Assembly: GCA_012295275.1 (NCBI GenBank)
Contig: CM022675.1
Span: 2,604,001 to 2,668,000 of the forward strand
DNA length: 64,000 nt
Origin: Chrysomallon squamiferum
Lineage: Eukaryota; Animalia; Mollusca
Direction of reading: 5' to 3'
Shown: piece after piece, positions 1 through 29,690 of the stretch
Position numbering within the stretch: position 1 is the stretch's first letter
How the letters are laid out: every line of letters begins with the position of its first letter
Notes under the pieces: generated by a model
Told to the model about the DNA's origin: nothing
What the model saw: only the letters and a program-made list of their open reading frames with translations
Databases searched by the model: none
Made by a program: the position numbers and the translations under genes

Positions 1-11210
<11,210 letters not shown>

Positions 11211-11777
11211 AATGAATATGTCAACAAACACCAGATTTAGTTACCCTGACAAAGATTTCAGATTAATGTAGTAGCAAACTGAAACTTGAAAACTATTTAA
11301 CATTTTACGTAAAATGTCTTAATAACATTTATCTTTTAATTTTTCCTTTCTTTTGCGTTTTAATTTTTATTATTTATTTATTTATTTATTTATTTTTATT
11401 ATTATTATTTTTTATTTATTTATAATTTTATTTTTATTTATTTATTTCTTCCTTTATTTATTATTATTTTTTATTCTTTTATTTTTATTTATTTACTTAT
11501 TTATTTGCTTCCGTTCTTCCTTTGACTTCACTGCTAGTCGTTCAGTTAACGCTTGAAAAACACCGATTATTTCCATGACTTTTCCTTTGAATATTTTCCT
11601 TAGATTGGTTGTCATTTACTTACTTATTTTTTCATTAGTTCCTTGACTGTTTTCTTCTTTGTGTCGTTCGAAATTTGTTTGATTATTATTTAATCATTAA
11701 TTTTTATTTTTTATTTATTTCATTATTATTCTTGTTGTTGTCATTTTTGTTGCTGCTGTTGTTATTATAATTGCAGA

Positions 11778-11861
<84 letters not shown>

Positions 11862-11864
11862 CAA

Positions 11865-11918
<54 letters not shown>

Positions 11919-12033
11919 CTTCAAATTTCTTTGCTGTTTCCATTACATAAATCTGGTTTCTTTATTTGTTTTTCGAAATGTATTTGTTTACTGCAATTTT
12001 ACCTTTTGCTTTTATTATATATCCAAGAGTTTG

Positions 12034-12039
12034 AATAAA
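12034..12039 (+). terminator. Putative polyadenylation signal of G1
   Basis: AATAAA in a ttgAATAAAgctt context conserved in paralogs (35601, 36318; minus strand 43318-43323). Confidence 0.5.
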
Positions 12040-12454
12040 GCTTGTAGCAATGAATCTCATATGATTTATTTTATTTATTAATTATTGAGCCATGCTGAGA
12101 TATTGTTCGATGTTCATGTCCATGCTAGTAACAATACTACATCTCTGTTTTTGTATCTTTGTGTATATTATTTATTTGCGTCAGGTAATTATTCTAGGTA
12201 ATTTCACTTAAAAGTGAAGATCAAATGTTTTCTTGATACTTACTAAACTTTAATAACACTTGAGTTAGGGCTTCGTTTTATCTTGCTATTATTATGTACA
12301 TGTCTACCTAATAAAGAATAGTGAACAATAAGAAAACACATTTTATGTGCTTCTAGATACAATATCCATACATTTATTTGTATTCTCTTCATACAGAAAC
12401 TACAAGTCTTTTTCATGAACTTCAAAAATGGAAATAATAACTTATTCAGAGAAA

Positions 12455-12860
12455 TTTAGCAATGTTCGGTAAAAACCTGCTGTAATAACTATTATTAATA
12501 AAGTGCCTAATAATTCTGAGCATTCTGTAGTTAAATGATATACTAATCATTATCAACAGTTTACTTGATAAAACCCAGCATTCTGCAGTAAACTATTGTT
12601 AATACATTATTTAAAATGTAGTATTCTGCATTAAACAACCATTACGATAATCATTTGCAATAACTTACTTACTAAAACATTCTCCAGTGAAACGTTGTTA
12701 TAATAATATTACAAACTTACTTATTAATAATTCTATAGTAAGATGTTGTTATAAAACGCGTTATTAATAGCTTATTTAATAAAACGTAGCATTCTACAGT
12801 AAAATGTTTTTTATAATCATTATTGTTAATAGCTTACTTAAGAAACAGCTAGTATTGTAA
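12455..12860 (-). repeat. Degenerate ~55-60 bp minisatellite, inverted copy of the SRCR4a exon-end/donor repeat
   Basis: 12571-12593 aaacccagcattctgcagtaaac is the exact reverse complement of 7116-7138; several degenerate neighbours. Confidence 0.75.
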
Positions 12861-13035
12861 CAAACAGCATCATATTTCTCTCTCTCTCTCTTTTTTTTTT
12901 TTTAGTTTCCTTGATATCAGTAATAAAGCATAAATAATAAATGTATAAGTAAGTAAATATAGAAACAGTTACATTTAATAACAATAGACCACCAACTTTT
13001 AATTATTATTATTATTATTTTTATTATTATTATTA

Positions 13036-13100
<65 letters not shown>

Positions 13101-13394
13101 TACTTCTACTACTACTACTACTATTAATAATGGAACTTTTGTCATTAGCATTATATGTGTGATAATAAGGATGATGTTGACAATAATCCAAGTAATGCTA
13201 CTACTACTATAATTACCACTACGAGTACTACTACTACAACAACAACTACTACTACTACTCAGATACTACTACTGCTTCTACTTCTACTACTACTACTACT
13301 AATAATAATAGATAAATATATTGAACCACAGACAGATAACTAAATAAATAACCGAAACGTAGTTGTATATATTTGTCTGAATGAGCATGATTTG

Positions 13395-13448
13395 TGTGTG
13401 TGCGTGTACGAGCGTGTGTGTGTTTGTATGTATGTATGTATGTATGTA

Positions 13449-13483
<35 letters not shown>

Positions 13484-13715
13484 ATGTATGTATGTGTGTA
13501 TGTATGTATGTATGTATGTGTGTATGTATGTATGTATGTATGTATGTATGTATGTATGTATGTGTATGTATGTATGTATGTATGTATGTATGTATGTATG
13601 TATGTATGTATGTATGTATGTATGTATGTATGTATGTATGTATGTATGTATGTATGTATGTATGTATGTATGTGTGTGTGTATGTATGTATGTATGTGTG
13701 TGTGTGTGTGTGTGT
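13395..13715. repeat. (TATG)n/(TG)n microsatellite
   Basis: Direct inspection. Confidence 0.95.
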
Positions 13716-13834
13716 CTAAGTACGAAGAAGAACTTGAATCGTATTAGAGGTCTTTCTTCTGGCAAACAAATGAGAAAGTGTTAATAAGTTTTCCTTACTG
13801 TTTGTAAATACAATAATGTATTAAATGTACAAGC

Positions 13835-13869
<35 letters not shown>

Positions 13870-14213
13870 TTTTTTTTTTGAATATAACTAAAGACATTGA
13901 TGCCATTCTTATGTTTGATCATCCTAAGTTTTTCGTTCACACTACATAACTTTCTTTTCTTAACATTTCTTCAAGAAAATGTTTTTAATTGTCACAAGCA
14001 GCAGCTAAGCGAATATAATACGTACCGTGAGGTATGACATAACAAAAAAAAAAAAAAAAAAAAAATCAAAATAAACCACACAATCAATACATAAATAAAT
14101 GATGATTAAACACATTTTTATTCTGAGGAAATTAGCTGACATAGTTGTAAACTTAGGATTGCTTATATGTTTACTTATTTATTTACTAATTTATTTTTTA
14201 TTGTATGTTATTT

Positions 14214-14290
<77 letters not shown>

Positions 14291-14442
14291 TCGTGATAGT
14301 AGTAACAGCGGTAGCAGTAGTAGTAGCAGTACTAGTAGTAGAAATTTCGTGTATTTATTTATTTATTTACATAATTATCTTTTCCTCATTTTTTTCTCCT
14401 TTTATATATATATTTGTTTGTTTTATTATTATTTGTTTAATG

Positions 14443-14770
14443 GTGAAGAATACTTCGATTGCAGAGGACAAGGTCAGGATTGTGCTAATAATAAAACTTG
14501 TCAAAATGACGGCACCTGTGACTGTGGAAATGACTACACTGGCTACAACTGAGAGCTGAAGAATAATAATGAATATTTCTTTTTACTTTTAATATATCAA
14601 ATGTCTGATATCAAAGTGAAAAATTAAAAAAATTAAATCTCCGGAGAAGAAAAATGCTGTTGATCTTGTTATTGTTATTCTTCTCCTTCTTAAACTTACT
14701 TTTCACTTGAAAAAAATATCGAAAGTTGAATTTGAAAACCACTGATCTGGACTATTAGAATCTGATCTTA

Positions 14771-14837
<67 letters not shown>

Positions 14838-15094
14838 CATTCATACAAATATAATACAAACACACAGAACACTGTGATCTACAAATATTAATCGAAATAA
14901 TTTCAGATGAAGTTTCCCGTCAGAAAACCTCCATTGCGATCGTTATTAATCCTGCTGGAACAGTCAGTAGAGTTGTCTATGCTATAGGTAAAAACAGACA
15001 AAACACTTTGTACGTTTACACAATCAGATGACCCTCGGAAAAACATGGTGTGGCTATCAGAGTTAAAAATCGTGAGTGTTGCGGGGTGACTCAC
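14443..15094 (+). pseudogene. Decayed fragment of a fifth paralog (EGF1 exon and ZP-N exon 1; EGF2 exon absent)
   Basis: About 14443-14562 [36 protein letters not shown] (Cys to TGA, acceptor and donor lost); 14907-15094 [19 protein letters not shown].. with frameshift, stop and lost donor. Confidence 0.85.
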
Positions 15095-15396
15095 ATCAGT
15101 TCTGTTTATTATATTTTATTTCCTTTCTTATTGTCAAGTATATTTACGTATTACTAGTTACTTACATAAACTGTTAAAATCAAACATATTTATGTTTGTG
15201 TATTTGTGACGTATGTTGTCAGTAAACGCACTATAAAAATGTTGCATGTTGTCTGTGTACCACGTGATGTTAGACATCGGTTAAGGCAGAACTGAACATA
15301 ATGATTTAAACCTAGAATTCTCGCTTACCGCAAACTAAACACAATGCATACTTTAAGAAAGTAGATAACATAACGACACTAAGATTTATTGATTTA

Positions 15397-15473
<77 letters not shown>

Positions 15474-16499
15474 AATGAATACTGGTATACAAGAATAAAG
15501 TTAGACGAGATGAATTTTCGGGATTGACCTATCTGCGGTTCAACCACATTTAAACTTGTCTGACAAGCTCATAAAGAAAGTGTTATAAGACTGGTTTGAC
15601 TGATATTAAATCTAGGACTAAGTTCACTTTTAACCTGCTGACCTTTTTATCGAACTAATAACTGAATCCATCCTGCTGACTTTTTTTTTTGTGGTAAAAG
15701 CGTCGCGAAACGTGGTAATTATTAACACTAAAAGCGTATTCAGCTACAGCGAGCTGGTGTGTAAGTCAGACAAAACTTTGATTCCTTCACCTCGCTTCAC
15801 CGCGTCACAAACCAAACTGTTGTTCAAAGGTCAGTAGACTTGTTTACGAAACATGTTCACTGAAGAATGACGTTTTTTTTTTTTTTTTTTTGAAAGAGTA
15901 AAGCTGATAAGCTACAGGCTACTATCAGTCAATTTGCATATTATAAATTTATGAAGAGACATATAAATCTGCTTAGGCTGGTATTAAATATATCAACAAT
16001 GTGCTCTTTATAATCTGTAACCATTTGCAATGGCTAACTAATTAGTTTTAGTATAATAAGAATAAACACAGTGTCAGACAGAATCGCCGGCAAATGAAAT
16101 GCACAAGTAGATATGATTTTCTAGAAATACTAGAAGTAGTGGTGGAACTAGTACCAACATAATTAGTACTTGCAGTAGCAGCAGTAGTAGTAATAGTAAG
16201 GTTGCCTACGCAGTCACCTCTGTCTGGCTGTTATCTTGACATTTTCCTTCAGAATGTATTTCATTATAGGTCTTAATTTTCTACAATAAAGGAAAACACA
16301 CAACAAAAAAAAAAAAAAAAACATGTTTCCACACCAGTGTCACTAACCCATCATGAATAAACCGAACTTTTAGCACAATATTCGCACATTTCTTTTCTCA
16401 CATAATCTGTATGTGTATATGTGTGTATTTGTATGTGTGCTTCATTCCTTTTTGTATATTATTTATTTCTTTATTATTATTTATTTTATAATGCTTCGA

Positions 16500-16740
16500 C
16501 TATTGTTTTCTGATAAAAGTAGACCAGACTTTTCGGTGTAATTATAAAACCATTTTGCAGAAAGTATTAAGAAAAGAGTAAAGAGATCTGAAATTTCTTA
16601 ACGTCGCCATTTTGTACCACGCACTCAGCTGTGACGACAGCAGTCGCCATTGTTATGCAGCAACAGTTATTTAGGTCAGTTATGTAGGTTTTTAATAGTA
16701 GCTCATCTACTTTATTTCTTGTTCATATCTTTCACACACA
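16500..16740. repeat. Local repeat element B (core gcactcagctgtgacgacagcag); other copies at about 18600-18890, 39610-39925 and 41925-42105
   Basis: Visible sequence similarity among four intergenic copies. Confidence 0.8.
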
Positions 16741-16789
16741 CAGGTATATATATTTCATTTTATTATTACATTATTAGCAGCTCACAATA

Positions 16790-21060
<4,271 letters not shown>

Positions 21061-21248
21061 ATGCATCTGAATTACTCAAGATATTTACTTGATTTCTTTT
21101 TATTTTTTATTTTTATTTTTTTGAAAGTGTTTTTCATCATGTCTAAGAAGCGACAATTTTATCTAAACACAACATTTTGCCATAAATACACATATATATT
21201 CACACATTAATACAGATACATACAGGCACACACAGACATATATACATA

Positions 21249-21286
<38 letters not shown>

Positions 21287-21942
21287 ACACAGAGAGATAA
21301 AGTAGCAGTCAAAAGTAAACCCATACGTTAAACTACAACAAAGGAATACAACAATCACCACTTTGCGCAATAAATATAACAGAAAATAAATGAATAAAAT
21401 AAAATAAAAAGCAAACACTATCTGTTATATGACTCAGTGTAACTGCGTATTTGCCTGCTTAAACATACTAGATAGAGAATGATGTGTATGATATATCGAT
21501 TCTTGTTTTACCCTCGAAGCGTAGCACGCGGCTATCCCTCAGTTCTGTATGAGACAAGAAAGAAGATAAAAATGTATCTGGGCTTGGCTGGTACGTATTT
21601 AACTACAGTCACTAACGTCTAGAAACACAGACACGCATGACTGGTAACACATACTTAGTGGTTTGTTTGAATTGTGTTTTTTTTTTTTTTTTTACTTTTA
21701 CTTGTTGTGTTTAACGTTAAATGTAGCAAACAAACAGTCTGACAGTTCTGCCATCTCCAAACCGTTTTGTATTGCTATATACTAATACACTATTGTTTTA
21801 CACGGATGTAGTAAAACATGCATACCTATATATACACACACACACACATTTATTTATTTATATATTTACTTGTTTGTTTGTTTGTTTATTTATTTGTAAG
21901 TGTATGTTAGATTTTTTGTGCATTGGTGTGTACATTTATACT

Positions 21943-22008
<66 letters not shown>

Positions 22009-22174
22009 GTTTTCTGTAGACAGTAGTGATCTAATCATAACACCAATCATTATATGTGTCATGACTTAACAGTAAAACAAATAAATAAATAAATAAACAT
22101 AGCCCGCATACACGATGCCATGATATGTACATTATTTGTTAACTCGTGTCTGCTCACTGTAAATGAAAAAAAAG

Positions 22175-22252
<78 letters not shown>

Positions 22253-24028
22253 CAAAAAAGAAGAACAGAAAAATGAAATAGTTCGGTACAGTACTGACGA
22301 GCTATTCGTCTGATTTCAAATAGGTCATGCATTGAAACGAACTAGTTTTTACCACATAAATAGAGCAAACTCTGCATTAATGCACATTTTTACATTTCTT
22401 CCTAAACGGATCAGACAGTGTCAGTGATAAAGCTGCTTATTTCGAGTGTTACAATAAACAAGGTACGTTCAGCTTACCTTTCTATATATGTGTATATCTG
22501 TTATATATAAATGGACAATTTAAACATTTTTATTAGTATGCTACTTGAATACATGTTTATGTACACTGTCTGTATATTTATTTCATGCTTCTTCAAGAAA
22601 ATGTATATGTATATTTGTATATATGAGTATGTGTGATACTTCAATAAATAAATTCCATATGTTGTATGTATGCTACTTCAATAGTGTCTGTATGCTACTT
22701 CTGAATACTGTCTATGTGCAGAGTCTCTTCAGACAGAGAATATTGGTATCCCAAAATACAGACATATATAAATATATATACACACACATATAAAAACAAA
22801 TTCAAGCAAATATACACATATCACAATACCACCAGATATAGAAACATTCACTCATAAAACACACGTAGGCACACACATATACATACAAAAATACATATAC
22901 GCATAAAGTCATACACACGAACATAAAAACACAGAGATGTCGTATGTGTGTCACGAGTTAAGAATAAATGGATAAATAAGTAAATAAATGAATAAGTAAA
23001 TAAGTAATTAAATACATAAATAAATAAAACTACTATATATTTTTTATTTCACAAACAGATAAAGAAGGAAACAAATACATAAACATTATGTCATGATATT
23101 TATATTACCTATTAACTATGTGTGTATCTTAAATGTACCAGAAACAATGTCTACAAGATCATGGTTTCAGTTAAAAAAGAATAATAATAATAATACAAAA
23201 AATAAAATAATAATAATAATAAATCGGCGATGCATTGATACCATCTTTATTTTCTTATCACAAAAATAGTGAAAAGCTCATCTTAATACACATTTTTAGA
23301 TTTCTTTCCAAACAGATCACACAGTGTAAGCGAGGAGAACGGTTTACTTGGAGTCTTACAATAAACAAGCTACGTTCAGATTTGTGTATATGCTACTTCA
23401 TTAAATGTAAATGTACACTTATTTTATATTTCTATCTGTGATACGTCAGTAAATGTATATCTACGCTCTCTATATCTGTGTGTATTTGCTACTTGAACAG
23501 ATGTATATGTATATTAATTCAGTACCTGTGTACGTACACTTTCTATTTCTACATGTTTGTATGTATGATATGTCAACAGATATAGGTGTAAACTTTCTAT
23601 ACAGTTGTACGTATGTTTCTTCAGTAAATGTATCTGTACACTTTCCATATATTTGTATGTATACTGCGTCAGTAAATGTATCTGTAAATGTTGTATGCGT
23701 TTGTATGCTCAAGAATAACTCTTTGATCATAAGGCAACAATTCAGGAGCTATATTAAGGCATGCTGCACAGAAAAATGATAAACAGTTGACGTTGATGTC
23801 ACAGTTGCTCCGTATTCTCATCACTGCAGCAGGGCTTGTGTCCCTTCAACATGGGCCGTACCTGCTGTTACATAGCGACACAATTAGAAATTGTGCGTGT
23901 TTGCGCAAATATGAGTTTCCTTCTCAATAATTTGTGTGTATCGTTTAGTTGTTGTTGTTTTTTGTTAGTTTTTTTTATAGTTGTATTAATATGTGTATGT
24001 TTATGTAAGAGTATGTGTCTGCGTGCGC

Positions 24029-24074
<46 letters not shown>

Positions 24075-24432
24075 AAGAAGAAGAAAAATAAATGAAAACT
24101 TAAGTTTCTAGGTCAAAGAATATGACAAATTAAGCAATTGTTTTCCTCAGTACACCAAGTGATTTAAATAATATAAATGTAGGAACAGCTTTAATGTGAG
24201 CTTTCTGTGAGAGAATTGTTCAGTAGGATAATTATTTTATTTCGAACAGCTTCATTTAGGATAATATGTAAATAAAAGCAAACAAACAAATACGAACTTG
24301 TACTTTGCACGAAAACAACAATATTTTAGATAAATGATGTTGAAAAATAGTGTGTTTCATAACAGTTAATAGCTTTGTTCATGCTTGATTGTTTTATTGC
24401 ATATTTTTAATTGTCTCGAAACATCTTTATTT

Positions 24433-24475
<43 letters not shown>

Positions 24476-24908
24476 TGCCTGTACATGTTTAATCAGTTTG
24501 TATAGACTGTTTGTGTAACTGACTATGTAACAACGTACATTTCTTAAACTGAGGAGTGACTTACACCTATATCAACATATAACATCAAGGCTGTTTGTTG
24601 TTTATTTTTAGTTATTTATGTGTTTATTTATTTATCTGTTTGTTTGTTTGTTTGCCTACACATTTATTTATTTGTTTATTTTTATTTAGTTATATGTTTG
24701 TTTATTTAGTTTTTTTTCTTTTTTTTCTTTCTTTCTTTCTTTCTTTTTCTTTCTTTCTTTCTTTCTTTCTTTCTTTATTTATTTATTTATTTTGCTTGTT
24801 TATTTCTTTGTTTATTTTTGTATTTATTTGTTTATTTCTTTGTTATTTTGTTTGTTCGTTTGCCAATTTATTTATTTATTTAATATTTTTTTTCAGTATA
24901 AACTAAAG

Positions 24909-25482
24909 ATGTGGATATCGATCGTGTATCTGTTGCTTCTGAGTTGTTCCATCACTCTAGGTAACTTTCCTTTCTCTATGTCTCTGTTGTTAAATAAAGA
25001 TACTTTGAAACAGTAGATAATTCATAGACAGAAGAAAACTATTCATCAAATAGATCTTCAAATAATGACATTAACATTTTACCAACGGCTCATTGAAGTT
25101 GTAGAATAAAATCTAAAAACAAGTGAAACAAATACTGGCTTCCATTTCTGATAAAATTAACTTTCATATTATTATTGCCATTGTTATTATAATAATAATG
25201 ATAACAATAATTATGTGAAAATTATTTTTATTATGATTATTATTATTATTATTTGAAATAAAATTTGAAATAAAACAACATAATATCTGTAATTTCTGTA
25301 TTTCGCATCTGTTTTTGTTTTCATACTGTGCGCAGTGGTTTTCATGTCTACTGGTTATATCTGCGATATTTTCCACTACGTTGTATATTTCTTCCGTTTT
25401 ATTTCTTTCTTCATTTACTTATTATTCTACTAGGATACTAGTACTCATAAACTACTATTGGTATTTAAATTAAATATGTACA

Positions 25483-25531
<49 letters not shown>

Positions 25532-25891
25532 GACACATATACATATACATCTATATATATAGATAGATAGAGAGAGAGAGAGAGAGATAAATAGGTTAAC
25601 AACAATTTTCTGTCATGAAATATATCACATTATAAAATGTTGTACTTGTTTACAGGTAAAGAGTACTTCGACTGCAGACGACAAGGTCAGGATTGTGCTA
25701 ATAATAAAATTTGTCAAAATGACGGCACCTGTGACTGTGGAAATGACTACACTGGCTACAACTGTGAGCTGCAGAAAAGTGAGTTATAACATTTTAATAT
25801 ATCAAATGTATGGTCACTAATAACCTCTTAATAACATTTCAGACAACTGTTCTCGTTGTTTTTTCTTCTTATTCTTGCCGAATTTCTTCTG

Positions 25892-25931
<40 letters not shown>

Positions 25932-26297
25932 ACATGTATATATATTTCATGTTTATTTATATTCAGATTTGAGCGGTTCAAGTCCGTGTACCAATCAGAG
26001 TGACTCTTGTGGCTCTGATGGAGGCATCTGTTACAACAATAATGGAAGCAAGGCGTGTTTCTGTCCACCTGGTTTCCATGGAGACCACTGTGAAAACAAA
26101 AGATGTGAGTAATTCTTTCGACTTAACAAAATAACAGCTTTATATCTACCATTGTTTTTACGTACTGATGAAGGGTAGATGACATTCGTGTTGTTTTCAA
26201 TATTATCATTTAGTAGAATTGTTTAACCAGCCATAAGTAAGTTGATATATATATATATATATATATAATAAATGCGTGTGTCTGTGTAAATATATAT

Positions 26298-26347
<50 letters not shown>

Positions 26348-26385
26348 AGCCATTTATCCAGAAAACCGGCAATTATTTATTATTA

Positions 26386-26420
<35 letters not shown>

Positions 26421-27075
26421 CATCATCATCATCATCATCATCATTTATCCTTGTATATACTAATCTAAATGTTTTCAGATGAAGTTACCTGTGAGAAAAG
26501 TTCTATGTTGATTGTGATTAATCCTGCTGGAACATTCAGTGGTGTCGTCTATGCTAAAGATCAAAAAGACACGACAGGTTGCATGTTCACGATATCAGAG
26601 CTACCCTCGGGAAAACAGGGTGTGGCTCTTAATGTTAAGGACATTGAATGTGGTGGAGTGAGTCAGGTTAGTTCTCTTTATTATTTTTATAATTCTCATT
26701 TTACTCTTCTTTTCTTTATAAACTGTTTTTATTTTTAGTTACCTGCTTAAATTGATTAAATGAAATATGTTTATTTATATGTATGTTTGTGGGATTATGA
26801 TATCAGGGGAAAAGTTTTTAAATATTTGATTGTTGTGTATGATGTACACAGTGACATTACACATTGTTTGAAACAGTACTGAACATAATCTGTGCCATTC
26901 TGTGCCGTACTTTAAGGTAAATGGAGATCGAACTCGAGATGTGATCATTCAGTTCAGTGAAAAGTATATGACAAACCTCGACACAAAAGTCTCTGTCACT
27001 TGTAGTGAAAAAAACAACGATGCCATAACCGTGACTGTCACCAAAGTGATAACAACCAAACAAACTGAAAGGTTG

Positions 27076-27135
<60 letters not shown>

Positions 27136-27575
27136 CGTTTTCTTCCTTGGAATCTGTTTAGCAGTTATATAACTATATATTCATTTGTGGATACTATTAA
27201 ATTAATATTCTGGTACTGATGAAATTAGTGCACTGAACATTCCATTTCGAGTATCAAGATTTTACTAAGGATGTTACACATAAAACAATTTGTATAAGAT
27301 TATTAACAGGGTGGACAGCTTGGATATTAATTGTGTATATCTGGGATAGCTTTTGGTGTTATTTTACAGAGACACACTGAACATCACAAACGCAGACAAC
27401 TCAATAGACTCCTCGCTTGTCCAGTTCAACATCAACCTCAAAGACGGGTCTTCAGTTTCAGGAGCTGTATCTTTACACGAAGAACTTACATTTGAGTTTA
27501 TTACAAGTAGGAACCAGTGTTTCTTCACTGATTTTCGTTTTCATTTCTTAATAATAATACTAATAATACTACTAC

Positions 27576-27640
<65 letters not shown>

Positions 27641-29650
27641 ACCACAATAATAATAATAGTTGTAATAAATTAATTAACATTTGTTATTTACCCAGCACAA
27701 GGCAGAGACCGACTTGAAAATTGTTTTCTTTATTCTCAGATTTGACGGGAACAGTGCAGGAAAGTGTTGTTTATATTGTGCCAGGTAAATTCTATTTACT
27801 AAATAGAAACTTTACTTATCGAAGTTTTTGTACGAGAGGATGAACTATTTCGTTGTCTGTTTCGAAACAGCTCAGAAAACATCAGTAAAAACAGCATTCG
27901 TAATTCAAAAAATTGGAAACACGAGTCTACTGAAACAAATAAAATTATCGGTCAGTATATTTGTATTGTAATGTAATAGTCCCTTCAGTTGTCTGTTTAA
28001 TTTTATCTATTTTAAGTTTCATTGCATGGAAATTCGCACTTTTTGACATGAGTATACATAAAATATAGTCTGTTTTCTCTCTGTAAAGCCACTGTTCGTC
28101 TTGTTGGTGGAAATACAACTAAAGGAGGACGATTAGAAGTTCTGCACGAAGGAGAATGGAGATCGTTAAACTCTGACAGTTTCTCCATGAGACAGGCCAC
28201 TGTGGTTTGTCGGAATCTTGGTTTCACCAAGTAAGTAAATTACAAACACTTCTGACTGTTTTGTGTATTATTTTCTCTGACATCACTACCACAACTAAGT
28301 TCACATCATCAGTATTCAACAGTCACTTATAATTGTACTGAAAAGTGTCACCGCAGTTTCAGAAGAAAACATATAACACTGGGAGAGTAGACTGTGTGGA
28401 GTGATTGTTCCCTTGATCAGTCCTCATTTTTTTCTTATTTCCCACTGCAGCCAGTATTCACTTAAGTGTTTATAACAAGTGTACACAGCAAATATCCACA
28501 TCTAACTGAAAGCGTTGTTCTTACTTTCATTATATGTGTTAAATTATACTGTGTCATATTACGAAAAAGCCCCGAGCGATCCTAAAGTTTTATTCCAGCG
28601 AAGAACTACTCTGTCTCTAATAACCAATATTTATAATAAAAATTAAAATTCACGATATATACAAATAAAGAAAACAAGGAGCAATTTTGATAGACAATGC
28701 AATGGTACGAATAAAGAAAACAAAAGATGCTATTACATAGTACATATTTATATGCACGTATTTAAAGTAACACTTCGATTGCTATTACATTTCTATGATT
28801 ACATTCGACAGTGCTTATGGTTTGGCACGTGGAAAAGGTTTCTTCCCAGAGGGAAGTGGAGACTTGTGGACAGGTGACTTTCTCTGCAAGGGATTTGAAA
28901 TAGATGTAAATGACTGTCGTCGTTGGAAAGTCTCTCCCTGTGATAATACCTGCACTGGTGATAATATTACAGTAATATGCGAAGGTACAAGTGACTATTA
29001 CTATATTTATTATTATTAGTAGTAGTAGTAGCAGTAGTAATTTTAGTATTAGTATTATGTTAAATTACTAAACGTATATCAGATGACTTATGATCAACAA
29101 CAGAAGGAATGGAAAACACAATTTTTATTTATTTATTTATTTATTTTGTATTTTTATTTTTATTTTATCAGCTACAGCATTTCTGAAATGTCATTGTTTA
29201 AATAAACAAAATTCGATTAATTTGTAAGATATCAAAATAAAGGAAAGATTAATAGATGAACAAACTCGAAATATGAATTCATAACACCTTAAATAAATAA
29301 ATAAATAAATAAACAAACAAAAGCTGAAGTTAAATAAAATGTGTGTTTTGTCTCCACTCTAAAAGACAATTCTGCACCATACGAAGTACGGCTTGTGGAT
29401 GGAAACAGCAAAGAAGAAGGAACACTTGAGATATCTGAGGATGGACAATGGTATTCGGTGTGTAAGACAGGATATTTTAGTCACAACGAGGCAAACGTTG
29501 TGTGCAGGCAAATGGGTTATTCAATGTTAGTATTTCTTTTTAAACTTCACTGTTAAATGCTTTAATATATCAATACTACTAATAATAATAAGAAGAAGAA
29601 GTAGAAGAAGAAGAAGAACAACAACAACAACAGCAACAACTGCAATTTTA

Positions 29651-29690
<40 letters not shown>

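Noticed and set aside
13340-13784. Long ORFs of poly-HTYI/CMYV, and similar poly-I, L, Y, N and ER ORFs elsewhere (e.g. 40325-40745, 42176-42586)
   Set aside because: Translations of microsatellites that lack stops; no splice context or paralog conservation.
15500-16300. Slightly GC-richer unique stretch, possible RNA gene or transposon
   Set aside because: No tRNA/rRNA structure, terminal repeats or transposase/RT motifs seen; partly similar to about 37230-37520, so treated as duplicated spacer.
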